Positions 1 to 11,110 of a stretch of DNA of 64,000 nt are shown piece after piece. The translations under genes and the position numbers were made by a program. This DNA is from Mobula hypostoma (Eukaryota), in NCBI RefSeq assembly GCF_963921235.1, contig NC_086097.1, forward strand, positions 147,128,001-147,192,000, in the 5' to 3' direction. A model generated the notes under the pieces. That model was not told the origin of the DNA, did no database searches, and saw only the letters and a program-made list of their open reading frames with translations. Within the stretch, counting starts at the first letter, position 1. Every line of letters begins with the position of its first letter.

Positions 1-795
1 CATTATGGTAGAAATCCTGAACCATCTGGGTTATTGTTTGAATATAAGTGGATTTTTTGTCAGTAGTCCTTCTCTTTCACAGTGTGTTGTATGTCAGCCC
101 GAACTGCTTTGTCTGGTGTATTAGGCGATATTTCTTTAGAACCCTGCCTGACAGAGTCAAATTCTTTGATTTTTGAGCAGACTTGAGCAGAATTATTTTT
201 GTTTTGATTAAATTCTTGAATGAGACAGTTGTGGAAGAGCAGAGTTTTCTTGATCGAGGGGTTTTTGAGTTTGCTTCCCCGTAGTATCTGCTCTGTTTTT
301 TTTTCTTGTTGATTCTTGCGTTTTTATATTGCTAGTTTGCTCTCATCACCAACGCTTTTTCAGTTTGTTCCTATCTTTTATTATCTCTTGAAGTTTATTT
401 TTCAAAGCTTTCATCTCTCTCAGGTATCTCGCTCTTATTTTCTTTCTTTCCCTTTCCCCTGCTATAGACTGCCTACTGTGAGCTGGCTCCTGTATAGTCT
501 GATCCAATGGACTATCTGGGGGAGTTTCTGGGCATTCTGGGTCCTTTCTCTTACGCTGTCTTGACTCTTGCTGTCTATGTTTCCATGCCTTTCTCTTACT
601 CCTCTTTTCCCTTTCATTCAAATCACTGATAGTTTTTATCTTCCCATCCTCTACTCTCTTCTTCCATCTTTGCTTTTCCTTTCTCAAGTATTCCTCCTTT
701 AACTCTGGCTCTCTATATACTTTCTCTCTCTGCTTTTTTTGGTAATCTCTGTTTCTTCTCCTTTGCTCCTCCACTGATAGCTGCTGCCTAACCAT
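1..795 (-). pseudogene. Disrupted transposase N-terminus (Sola2-like)
   Basis: ORF MVRQQLSVEEQRRRNRDYQKKQREK...KIKTISDLNEREKRSKRKAW stops at 346; transposase-like peptides continue in other frames to the window edge. The catalytic domain is not in the window. Confidence 0.55.
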
Positions 796-1917
796 AACTT
801 CCTAAAATACGTAAAAGGAAGGTCAGAATTTAATGGAATTATTATGAAATTGTGCAAAATTACTATGAATTTAATTACATTTAATTTGGTGAAATTTTAT
901 AAAATGATTATGAAATGGTGCAACTAAATTCATTTATGTTTTTAGTCATTGGTGATACATATAATAAGGAAATATTGTAGGCCTGTGTGTGGAAGAAATA
1001 AAGGGGAAATTATGTATATTATAAATAAAGAGGTTAATGAAACATTACAAGCCCTATTACTATTTAGTTTGATCATGAATTATATTCAGGCCTCCATTGA
1101 GGATGATTTGGATGTTTTGTCAACACTATCAAACTATGTGTCACCACCATCAGACAGAAAACCTAACAGTTTTAATGTCTGACAGTGGTGACAAGAACAC
1201 ACTTTTTTACATGACATGCATGAGTTGTATACAGGAGCCATCTTGTTTTCCCTCTGTTGCTAGCTGCCTCTGGCCTCTACTTAAAATGCATAAATTTATA
1301 TCATATTGTAAAATAATTCTTTTTATACAAAAGAGACAGTGTTGACACATCATGGTTGTGACAGTAGCAACATCAATAAATATGTAAAAATTATTGAAAA
1401 AATAGAAAACTTACAGGAGTTTGTTTGACCTTGTTGCATTTAGCAGATGTGGAGGGTGGAAAGGGGGTCCTCAGGAATATAGTTGACCATGTGGTTGCCT
1501 GATTTTATTGCTTTTTTTATAAACATCTGACGGTGTTGACAAAAACTTGGGACACATTTTGAGCAACCACAAAATAAAAGTAAATATTGTTGAAAATTCA
1601 CTGCTTTTAGTTTTAATAGGTGTTTCACTCTACTCTTTCATCTAGCATATATATTATACATTTTAAATTATTTTTTCACACTTTTTTATCAAATTGAAAT
1701 GATAATCTCTTGTCTGAGGACAACTGACTTTGTGGGTACTGGGCTATCATATAATCATATAATTTATAAAATTAAAAACAAGCATATGAAAAAATGTTGC
1801 ATTTATGCAAAAGACCCTCAGATGATCAACCCTGATTATTTTAAATCAGAAAAAATATTATTTATTTTCAACGGACTTAGCACTTTTTTTAGTGGGACAT
1901 GTTTACAGCGACGACTC
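1..1917 (-). mobile_element. 5' portion of a Sola2-like DNA transposon (terminus at 1917, runs off the window start)
   Basis: Minus strand begins GAGTCGTCGCTGTAAACATGTCCCACT at 1917 (GAG terminus) and abuts CR1 sequence at 1918. Contains the basic/coiled ORF 346-795 and further shifted frames reading 'KKTLLFHNCLIQ', 'LSGRVLKKYRL' and 'VQDFY', resembling Sola2 transposase N-termini as I recall them. Confidence 0.6.
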
Positions 1918-2565
1918 AAGAATCCATGACTTAACCGGACTTATAATGTTTCTTGATGAAGTTATTATGAAAGTTGATGAAGGCAGGGCAGTAGATATTT
2001 TCTACATGAACTTTAATAAAGCTTTTAACAAGGTCTGCATGGAGTTGGTCAAGAAAGTTCAGTTGCTTGGCATTCAAGATGAGGTAGTAAATTGGATTAG
2101 ACTTTGACTTCATGGAAGAAGTTAGAGAGTGGTTATAGATGGTTGCCTCTGACTGGAGACCTGTGGCTAGATGTGTGCTGCAGAGATCACTGCAGGGTCC
2201 ATTGCTGTTTGTCATCTATATTAACAATCTAAATGATAATGTGGAAAAATGGATCAGCAAATTTGCAGATAACGCTAGGTATGGAGCTGTAGTGGACAGC
2301 AAGGAGGGCTATCAAAGCTTGCAGCAGTATCTGTACTAGCTGGAAAAATGGGCTGAAAAACGGCAGATGGCATTTAATGCAGGTAAGTGTGAGGTGTTAC
2401 ACTTTGGGTGGACCAACCGAAGTAGGTCTTAGACAGTGAGCAGTAGGGCGCTAAGGAGTGCGGCAGAACAGAGGGATCTGGGACTATAGGTCCATAGTCC
2501 CTTGAAAGTAATGTCATAAGTAGATACAGTCGCAGGGAAAGTTTTTGGCACATCAGTCTTCATAA
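1918..2565 (+). mobile_element. Decayed CR1 LINE, RT fragment
   Basis: Peptides 'AVDIFYMNFNKAFNKV', 'GPLLFVIYINNL' and 'ISKFADN' match the CR1 RT at 11130-13118; several stops and frameshifts. Confidence 0.9.
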
Positions 2566-3430
2566 ACTCCTCTAACTGTGGAATCCCTTATCACTACTGT
2601 AGTCTGCTTCTCCCCCTTCCCTTCTAAGCCACAGCACCAGTCTCAATGCCGGAGACCCAGTCGCTGTGGCTTACCCCCAAATAGTATCCAAAATAGTACA
2701 CTTATTATTGAGGGGAATTGTCACAAGCATACTCTGCACTGGCTGTCCATTTCCTTTCCCTCTCTTGACAGTCACCCAAGTGCCTGCCTCCTGCAACATA
2801 GGGGTGACTACCTCCCTTTAAACCCTAGCTATCAACTCCTCAGTTTTTATATGAACTGAAAGTCATCGAGCTGCAGTTGCAGTTCTTTAATACGTTCTCT
2901 GAGGAGCGACTGCTCAGTGCACCAGGTGCAGATGTGATTATCCAGAAGGATGGATTTTCCCAAAATTCCCACATCTCACATAAAGAACACAACACAGCCC
3001 CTGGAGCCATCCTCACTGCTCTAACTACCGTATGTAATAACAGATAAATGAAGAATGAAGAAGAAACTTACCAGATTCTTACCTTGCCAGAGGGCCCGTT
3101 CTTGCCGAATTCTGATGAGCCAAAGCATCCCCATTCTAACAATGGTCCACTCACACAATGGCTGCTCCTCTTAGCCCTGCCTTATTTTCATTTGCCCTTG
3201 CTAATGAATTGCTATTTGACTGGGCTGCCAGAAAATACCAAAATTCCACAAACGATCCATTTCAAATCTCACTCATGGACTTGTGCGTTGCCTCCTCTTT
3301 CTCTCCCGATTCGATTGGGCTGCCAGAAAAGTTGTTAAAAGCCCATGAATGCTCCTTTTTAAATCTTACTCACAGATTTGTGAGCTGAACCCTTTCCTGC
3401 TCCCAATTGAATTGAGCCGCTGGGAGAAAA
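2566..3430 (-). mobile_element. Decayed CR1 5' region (5'UTR/ORF1 start), opposite orientation to the adjacent RT piece
   Basis: Similar to the 5' end of the CR1 at 33500-33752; the minus strand near 2570-2600 gives a decayed 'VIGDSIVRG'-type esterase motif. Confidence 0.65.
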
Positions 3431-3612
3431 CAAATTTCAGCAATAATTTTCAATAATGATGATGATCTGTTGCAAGATGTACAGAAACCATGCACTATCA
3501 TTCTGGAAACAACACCATTATCACTCTTAATTTATCATTTCCTGTCAGAATCACCTTATGTACAGATACTGCAGTATGTTATGTCACTACATACAAACAA
3601 TTAGTCGATGTA

Positions 3613-5000
3613 TTTTTTTAATATTGTATTTATGATTTTCTACCAACTACAGCATAGAAGAAAAAGAAATCAATAGTGTAAATAGAAGGATCATTGCAAT
3701 ACAGACAAAAATAGCAATAATACATATCTTAACAAATGAGCAAGTCACCCATATTAAAAATGAAAAATAGAAAGAAAAGCACCCAACCCACCCACTATCC
3801 AACTCCAAGCCAACCATTATATTATAAGTATAAATATTTAAAGGACATTTGAGATAAACTTTTATCACCCCAGAACTATATATTGTAGTAAAAAGAGAAA
3901 TGGATAATAATAATAAAAAAAAGCAGCCTGCTACCTAATCAAGGAATCAAAGAAAGCTGGAAATGCAGGATCTGACTATTAAGGGAAGAAAAAAAAATAC
4001 ACCTGTCAATCTAGAAGAGAATTATGAAAATATTCTAGAAAAGGTCCCCACACGTTATGGAACTTTATGTCTGAATTAAAAAGTGAATAATAAATCTTTT
4101 CAAGATCTAAACAAGACATAATATCCCTAAGCCATTGAACATGGGTAGGGGGAACTACATCTCCCTACTTAAGGGGTACTACATGTCTAGCTAAAAGAGA
4201 GGCAAAAGACAATGTTCGTCGTTTAGCCGGGATCAAATGCTTGTCAGAGTCTCGAGAAATATCGAAAAGAGCGATCAAAGGATCAGGTTCCAATTGACAA
4301 TTTAATATAGAAGATAAAGTTAAAATAACATCTTTCCAAAATTTTTCCAAAGAAGGACAGGCGCAGTACATATGAATAAGGGAAGCCTCACCTTCTTTGC
4401 ATTTGTCACACCAGGGACTAATATCAGGATAAAACTTCACCAATTTGGTTTTAGACATATGAACCCTGTGGACAACTTTAAACTGCAAAAGACAATGACG
4501 AGCACATAAAGAAATTGAATTGACTGACTTAAGAATTGAATCCCAAACCTTATCAGACAAAGAAAAACCAAAGTCAAGTTCCCAAGCAGTTTTAATTTTA
4601 TCACAAAGGGCAAATTCTAAGATTCATAAATTTGACACGAATAGTAGAAATTAAACCTTTACCTAAGGGGTTCATTTGAAGAAACAAGTCTACAACATTT
4701 TTATCAGGTTGTTCAGTAAAATGTGGTATTAAAGGGCTAATGAAATGTCTAATTTGAAGATATCTAAAAAAATGAGTATTCAGTAAATTAAACTTCGTAG
4801 ACAACTGTTCAAAAGTCGCAAACTGATGGTCTATAAAAAGATCTTCAAAACGCCTGATACCTCTCCTACACCAGTTTTGGAATGTGGAATCCTGCATAGA
4901 AGGTTGAAATAAATGATTGTATAGAATAGGGCTAGAAAGGGAAAAACTATAAAGGCCATGATATTTTCTAAATTGAACCCATATTCTCAGAGTATGCCTG
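3613..5000 (-). mobile_element. 5'-truncated L1 (ORF2 C-terminus and 3'UTR) with 10-bp TSD
   Basis: ORFs 4165-4560 and 4601-5026 carry 'HFFRYLQIR', 'LLQFKVVHRVHMSK' and the CCHC-like 'CDKC...LIHMYCAC'. T-tract at 3613; flanks AGTCGATGTA (3603-3612) and AGTCTATGTA (5001-5010). Confidence 0.88.
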
Positions 5001-5165
5001 AGTCTATGTATACAAGCTAATCTCATTTATTTATATTTATTGTGTTCTTCATACTTACTGCGTTCCTTTGCTGCATCAGAACCAGAGTAACAATCACTTC
5101 ATTCTCCTTTGCACTCGTGTACTGAAGAATGACAATAAACAGTCTTGAATTTTAAGACTTGAATT
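5001..5165 (+). repeat. 3' tail of a Rex1/Babar-like LINE, split by the L1 (left part about 3500-3612)
   Basis: Ends GACAATAAACAGTCTTGAA, resembling the tail at 52400-52437. Confidence 0.5.
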
Positions 5166-6228
5166 CTGCTACTATATTTTGAAATAACTCAAAAAATATA
5201 CATGCTGATAATTTTTAAATCAAATTGTATACTTTCTCCATAGGGATCTTTGGTTGAAGCCTTCGAATACTATCTGGTTAATGGTAGGGGTGTGTTTTAA
5301 TCAGGCATTACTCATCCAAATGTAGTTCCTCCCTCCCCCCCAAAGATCTGTGTTTATTTATTGAGAAATATACTTTGCCTAACTTCCATGGCTGGTCTGG
5401 GGATATAATGGCCTCAAAGGAGACTGCTCAAGCTCTAAATTGGAATTGTAGATTTGTTCAAATTTTATCTGAGTGAAAAGTCTCCTGGGAGAAGCACTGA
5501 CACTTATTGATGATGGCTGTGGTATGTGATCAAAGGTTACTAGATATAATGTAGTCTGGATTTCTAAAGATTTGTAAATATTTATAATTGTGTTAACTGC
5601 ATTTTATGGGAAGAAAATAAATGTTTATTTCAGTATTTTTCACATGAAACAGAGATCATTGATTTTATTTTGTGGAACGAGTTGGTGGAGCAGCAGAGAT
5701 GAAAATATACTTCAATTTTCTGAAGCTTTAATATTATCAGAAGTTAAGTAAGATAAAAGGCATAGTGTATCTTATGGAATCTGTGGTAGGAACTGTGAAG
5801 CTGGTTTGACTGATTTCTTTAATGCTCTGCTTTGCTCTTATTTCAGAAAAATAATGCTACTGGAAGTATTGAGCCTTTCTGTCGGAATGAATGGTGACAG
5901 ATGCAAAGACCTGTCACTTAAGCTAAGCTCACAAAAGGAAATTGGCTGTATCTGACACATTCAGTGTCCTTGGAGAACAATTCCTTATATCCTCTTTCAC
6001 ATAAACCTGGCATCCATACCATACAGGGTGACATCGGGTCAATTTTCCATGTTCCATACCAGGCACAGTGTAACAGGATGGCCATTATTAAACACAGTTA
6101 AACTGCTGTGCTTAATGAAATCAAAATATCAGTATAATCTGGGTCTCAGGTTGCTGAAAGATGACAGATAGAGCAATTGTTTTGCTCTGGTTGGATCCAA
6201 ACTGTCAACCTTAATGCCTGCCACCTAG

Positions 6229-6447
6229 AGTTGTGTATTTAGTATATAGTATCAGTAGTATTTGAATAATATTGGAAATATGTTGTTGATTAAGCATTAT
6301 TTGTTTGTCTAAATATTTTATTATGGGTTATATGGTTATATGCAAAAATAAGAGAACTGCATTGCGATAACTCTATTATATAATACATGCGCACCTCACT
6401 TGAAGTAAAGAACACACTTAAAAACTCATTTCTCTTGGATTTCCTGT
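6229..6447 (+). repeat. 5' LTR (3'-truncated)
   Basis: GTTGTGTATTTA...TCAGTAGTATTTGAATAATATTGGAAATATGTTGTTGATT closely matches 8708-8765. Confidence 0.8.
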
Positions 6448-7120
6448 GAAACCCCTTTTTACTGGGTATCTCTGGAAATGTGACTTGTTAGCCCCTCACT
6501 AACAGCCACTAGACTCCACGGCGAGATCCTCACCTTTCTCAGTCTTGATGTGTCCAGAGTGTACACGACATTAGTCCCGCCAAATCCGTGAGGTTGTGAT
6601 GTCTTACCCACACAAACCTGGTTTGTGTGAATGCTGTGTGATCTACTGCTCCCAGCAACCACCCGTCAGCAAGAAATAACAAATTGTACATTGCATACAA
6701 TTATAAAGAAGTATATTTAAGAACGTTTACTTAGGCTAACAGTTATTACAGGAAAGAAAGAAAAAAAATCAAAAAGGGCCCATTATATTTTAACAGTCAA
6801 ATGTGCACGTAAGTTGGAGCTCATCACAAACTTGTCTGTAACTCACGTGGTGGACCCTTGGTCCGCATGAAAGCACGCACCAACTTCCGAATGTCGGTTG
6901 AAATCCATCTCGAACAAACAGTCTCTCCTGTGGGAGTATTGGTCTTTGAAGCCATTCATCTACACAAAGCACTTTGTGCAACATGGACAGCATTCTCAGC
7001 CATCTTCCCATCTATCTTCTCCCAGCTCCCGCCAAAAAAAGGCCTCAACCCACACTAGTATCCTCAGAAAACCTTTCCACCCAGCATTCCCTGGAACCTT
7101 CTCCCAATTTCACCATCCTG
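6448..7120. repeat. Unclassified insertion (possibly another LTR) replacing the end of the 5' LTR, the PBS and the gag start
   Basis: Similarity to the 3' LTR stops at ~6447 and gag-like sequence resumes at ~7120; the intervening sequence has no recognisable coding motif. Confidence 0.35.
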
Positions 7121-7259
7121 ACTGAAGAGATTGTCTGAAAATTGTCAGTTTGTAAGAGCCTTAAAGATGAACTATGTTTAGTTCGTGGTACCTTACAAGA
7201 AAGTATTCAAAAATAACTCTTAACTAAACGCAAGAAAAGCAATATAGCTTACAGCAGAA

Positions 7260-7599
7260 GTGAACAGCAAATTAATTAAAATGGAATTAGACACTGGCTC
7301 AGCTGTTACATTCATTCCACAAAATGAGTTTGAAAGACATTTCAAAGATACTGAACTGAAGCCTGCAGACTTCCAACTAAGAACGTATACTGGAGAAAAG
7401 ATAACTCCTGTGGGAATGACATTCGTAACAGTGATATACAATAGTCAAAAAGCCACATTGCATTTGCATGTGGTAAAAACAGGGGCATCAACATTCTGGG
7501 GACATGACTGGTTGAGACAACTACAACCTGATTGTAGATCTATCCACCATTTCCTACAATAAAGTCAACTGAAAGTGAAAGGTACTGAATGAGGCCACA
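7260..7599 (+). pseudogene. Gypsy aspartic protease (retropepsin) remnant
   Basis: 'LIKMELDTGSAVTFI...LRTYTGEKITPVG...FWGHDWLRQL': the DTG catalytic motif and a G-x-D-W-L flap-like motif. Confidence 0.9.
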
Positions 7600-7649
7600 A
7601 TTGTCTCCATGCTGTAGACATGAACTGCTCCCCTATCGAGTACAAACGA

Positions 7650-8352
7650 GTGTTGGTGCCAGCCTTTGAGCCTCTGGTGGGAAAGCATATTGGACTAAGG
7701 AAGGATCATGCTGCTCAGAGGAATCATGAAAGTGATGAAAGCAGTGGTCCAACTACAACAGTTTTGTAGGTGAGATATCTGAGAAAGCTTCTGATCTGTT
7801 AATCAGGCAGTTACTTGCTAAATGTGGCTGGTTTTAAGCTGGAACAGAGTGCAAGGAGCTTCAGAAAAGTTGCAAGCATTCAGCTTTTGTGAGTAAAAAG
7901 CACCAGAATCTACTTTGTGTGCATTAAGGTTATTGCATGAACTTCAAGTGCAAGACAAAAAGCTGCTTGTATTAGTAGATGCAAAGACCAAAGCCCAGCT
8001 GGCTGAATGGAAGGCCAAAAAGAAAGGAGTCAGTGGCGATGTGGAAACAGAGGATTTTTCAGAAAATGTTGTGGATGAGGAAACCAAAATGGAGAGTTTC
8101 GATTGTAATGGGAGCAATAGAAGGATTAATAAGAGAATACTCAAATGAACTAAATGCACCTTCTCAAGGTCAAGATGCACAAACTAGAAAGACAAAAAAG
8201 GAAATGAAAGCGGAGGATGACAGTGCTATGGAAATGGAAGAGTATAAATGAGACCAAATTTCTTTGAGAAATTAACAAATTCAGAGATACTCACAAAAAG
8301 TGCGAAGAAGAAAAAGGAAGGCATAAAAAAGAAGTAGAAAAAGAGAAGAAAG
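7650..8352 (+). pseudogene. RBM25: Processed (intronless) RBM25 fragment: RRM and start of the charged region
   Basis: Across frameshifts it reads VLVP..VGKHIGLRKDH..SGPTTTVFVG.ISEKASDLLIRQLLAKCG.VLSWNRVQGASEKLQAFSFCE*KAPESTLCALRLLHELQVQDKKLLVLVDAKTKAQLAEWKAKKK..VDEETK..GAIEGLIREYSNELNAPSQ..AMEMEEYK*D..KFRDTHKK, collinear with vertebrate RBM25. Contains stops and frameshifts. Confidence 0.93.
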
Positions 8353-8706
8353 ATGGCTAGAGCTGTCAGAATCACTTCCTACTGTCTCAGAGTCAACTCC
8401 TACAACCACCATGGAGGAGGCACAAAAGCTGAGATTGTTTCACGGCCACAAGTCTTACCTGCCAAGCAGAGTAACTTCCCTTGTCGGGGAAGTGATTATC
8501 CCACAAGAGTAAAAAAAACTCCACAGCAATTAAATCTTTAGGCCTGAATGGGACAATTTAAAAATTGACTATGCTGTGAAAGTGTGTATAGTAGTTGTAT
8601 AGTAGTGTGTATAGTAGTTTCATTATATAGTTGATATGCATATGCTATGTATATCTTTGAAATGCATTCTATATTGAGTTGGAGTTTATAACTATGCATG
8701 GAGGAA

Positions 8707-8952
8707 TGTTGTGTATTTAATATTTCAGTAGTATTTGAATAATATTGCAAATATGTTGTTGATTGAGCATTCTTTATTTAAATAATTCATTACAGGTTAT
8801 ATGTAAAAATACATCAATTGTATACATCATGACGCTACCACGTGAAATGTGCGTGCGTCACTTAAAAGAAAGAACAAACTTAAGTCTCGCATCTCTTGGC
8901 TCGCTGGTGTACGTTTGAATTAGTTCAGTGTTTTGAAGTTACCAAACATACA
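8707..8952 (+). repeat. 3' LTR
   Basis: Starts TGTTGTG just after the polypurine tract, ends ...AAACATACA, and repeats 6229-6447. Confidence 0.85.
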
Positions 8953-11110
8953 GGTAGCCTGGTAGTACCGGTACTGACTAAACTAGTGTCAGATATTGAG
9001 AAAATAATTACCTCACATGTTCACCAATATACCTGTTGCTAAGAAAATAATTGTAGTGCCTGTGAAGTTATACAGTCTCATCCCTATAAAGTGGTTTCTT
9101 TTTATCATATAATTTGAGAATATTGCTATTCCTCTTTCTTTCATCATTGATAAGTTGGAAAAGAAACCCCTGATTTGTTGGTTCTGTGGAAAATGTTCTG
9201 GATAACAACTAGGACTTCAATCTGCTGCGTATAGTAGGAATGAAAGTCTTCATATGAAATGCACGTAGACATGTAGAGTCTTATCACCCGAAGATTGCTT
9301 ATCATTAGAAACTTCCATTTCAGAGGAAGAAATAATAACTGCAATCTCATCACTGAATTCTGGTAAAGCACCCGGTCCGGATGGGTTTACAGTGGAATTT
9401 TAAAAATTCTTTTCCTCCATTCTCTCTCCAAAGTTGTCTACAATATTCAAGGAAGCAATCAGTTTAGGTAAATTACCACAATCATTTTATGAAGCCTCTA
9501 TTTCTCTAATCCTTAAAAAGAATAAAGATCCTACTGATTGTGCATCATACAGACCGATATCTCTTTTGAATGTAGACTCAAAAATTTTTTCAAAAATTCT
9601 AGAAACTAGGTTAGAAAAGGTGTTAATTATATCCATGGGTCAAACCGGATTTATTAAAAATCGCTATTCATCCTTTAATATTAGGAGGTTAATGAATATT
9701 GTTTATACCCCCCTCACTCACTACCCCGGAATGTATTATCTCATTAGATGCTGAGAAAGCCTTTGACAGAGTTGAATGACCTTATTTATTTAATGTTCTT
9801 GAGAAATTTAATTTTAGTCTGACATTTATATCTTGGATTAAATTGTTATATTACTCCCCGGTAGCCTCGGTTTGTACAAATAATCATAGATCTTTTTTTC
9901 GTCTTTTTCGTGGTACTAGGCAAGGTTGCCCTCTTAGTCCTTTACTATTCAATATTGCCCCTCAACCTTTAGCAATTGCTATTCGTGACTCGCCAAATAT
10001 TTTTGGTATTACCCGCAGAAACGATATACATAAATTATCATTATATGCAGATGATTTGTTGTTATACATCTCCAATCCGGAGAAGTCAATTCCTGCTACT
10101 CTAGGTTTGTTGGCTCAATTTAGTAACTTCTCTGGTTACAAATTGAATCTTAATAAGAGTGAATTATTCCCTTTAAATAAGCAGGTACCTATTTATGGAT
10201 GTTTACCATTTAAATTGGTTACTGATTTATTTATATATTTAGGGATAACAATTACGAAAAAATATAAAGATTTATTTAAAGCTAATTTTTTACCTTTAAT
10301 TGATCAGATTAAACTTTTGTTTACTAAATGGTCACCAATCTCTTTGTCTTTGATTGGTTGGATTAATGCTATTAAGATGATCATTTTGCCCAAATTTTTG
10401 TATGTATTTCAATTGGTTCCAATTTTTATCCCAAAATCTTTTTTTGATAACGTAGATTCAAAAATTTCCTCATATATTTGGCAGAACAAAAATCCTAGGT
10501 TAGGTAAAAGGTATCTACAGAAATCTAAAAAGGGGGGGGGGCTTGCCCTCCCGAATTTTAGATTCTATTATTGGGCAATTAATATTCGATATTTAAAATT
10601 TTGGTTACGAGATTTGGATGTATCTTTAAACCCACACTGGGTAAATCTTGAAAGTAATTCATTACATGGGCTTTCCTTGGGTTCGGTTTTAGGAACTTCG
10701 CTTCCTTTTACTTCTTATAAATTGTATAAACAAATGAATAACCCAATAGTTAAGCATACTTTACGTATAGTTTCAATTTCGGAGATTTTTTGGGATTAAT
10801 CTATTTATTCTAGCAAGTCCCATTATATCAAATTTCCTTTTTCAACCTTCCACTATGGATCAAGCTTACTCTGACTGGAAAAACCAAAGGTATAATATCT
10901 TTTCGCGATTTATTTTTGGATAATTGTTTCATGTCTTTTGATCAACTCTCTAATAAATATAACTTACCCAGATCTCACTTTTTTAGATATCTACAGATTA
11001 GAAACTTTTTAGTTACTGTTTCTCCTAATTTTCCACACCCATATCCAATGGACACTTCGGAAAAAATTTTAGATTTAAATCTTTCTCAGAAAGGTGTAGT
11101 AGCAATTATA

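Larger units (their letters stand above)
6229..8952 (+). mobile_element. Decayed Gypsy (Ty3) LTR retrotransposon with internal deletions and captured host sequence
   Basis: Direct repeats at 6229-~6447 and 8707-8952 (3' copy TG...CA). Purine tract GGAGGAA directly before the 3' LTR; gag-like piece ~7120-7228; protease 'MELDTGSAVTFIP' in 7260-7562; integrase-tail-like segment 8353-8541. Confidence 0.85.

Noticed and set aside
7915..8251. RBM25-like ORFs as exons of a functional gene
   Set aside because: No introns, several stops and frameshifts, and embedded in a Gypsy element, so it is a retrocopy fragment.
6224..8957. TSD for the Gypsy element (CCTAG / GGTAG)
   Set aside because: Only 3 of 5 bases match; not counted as support.
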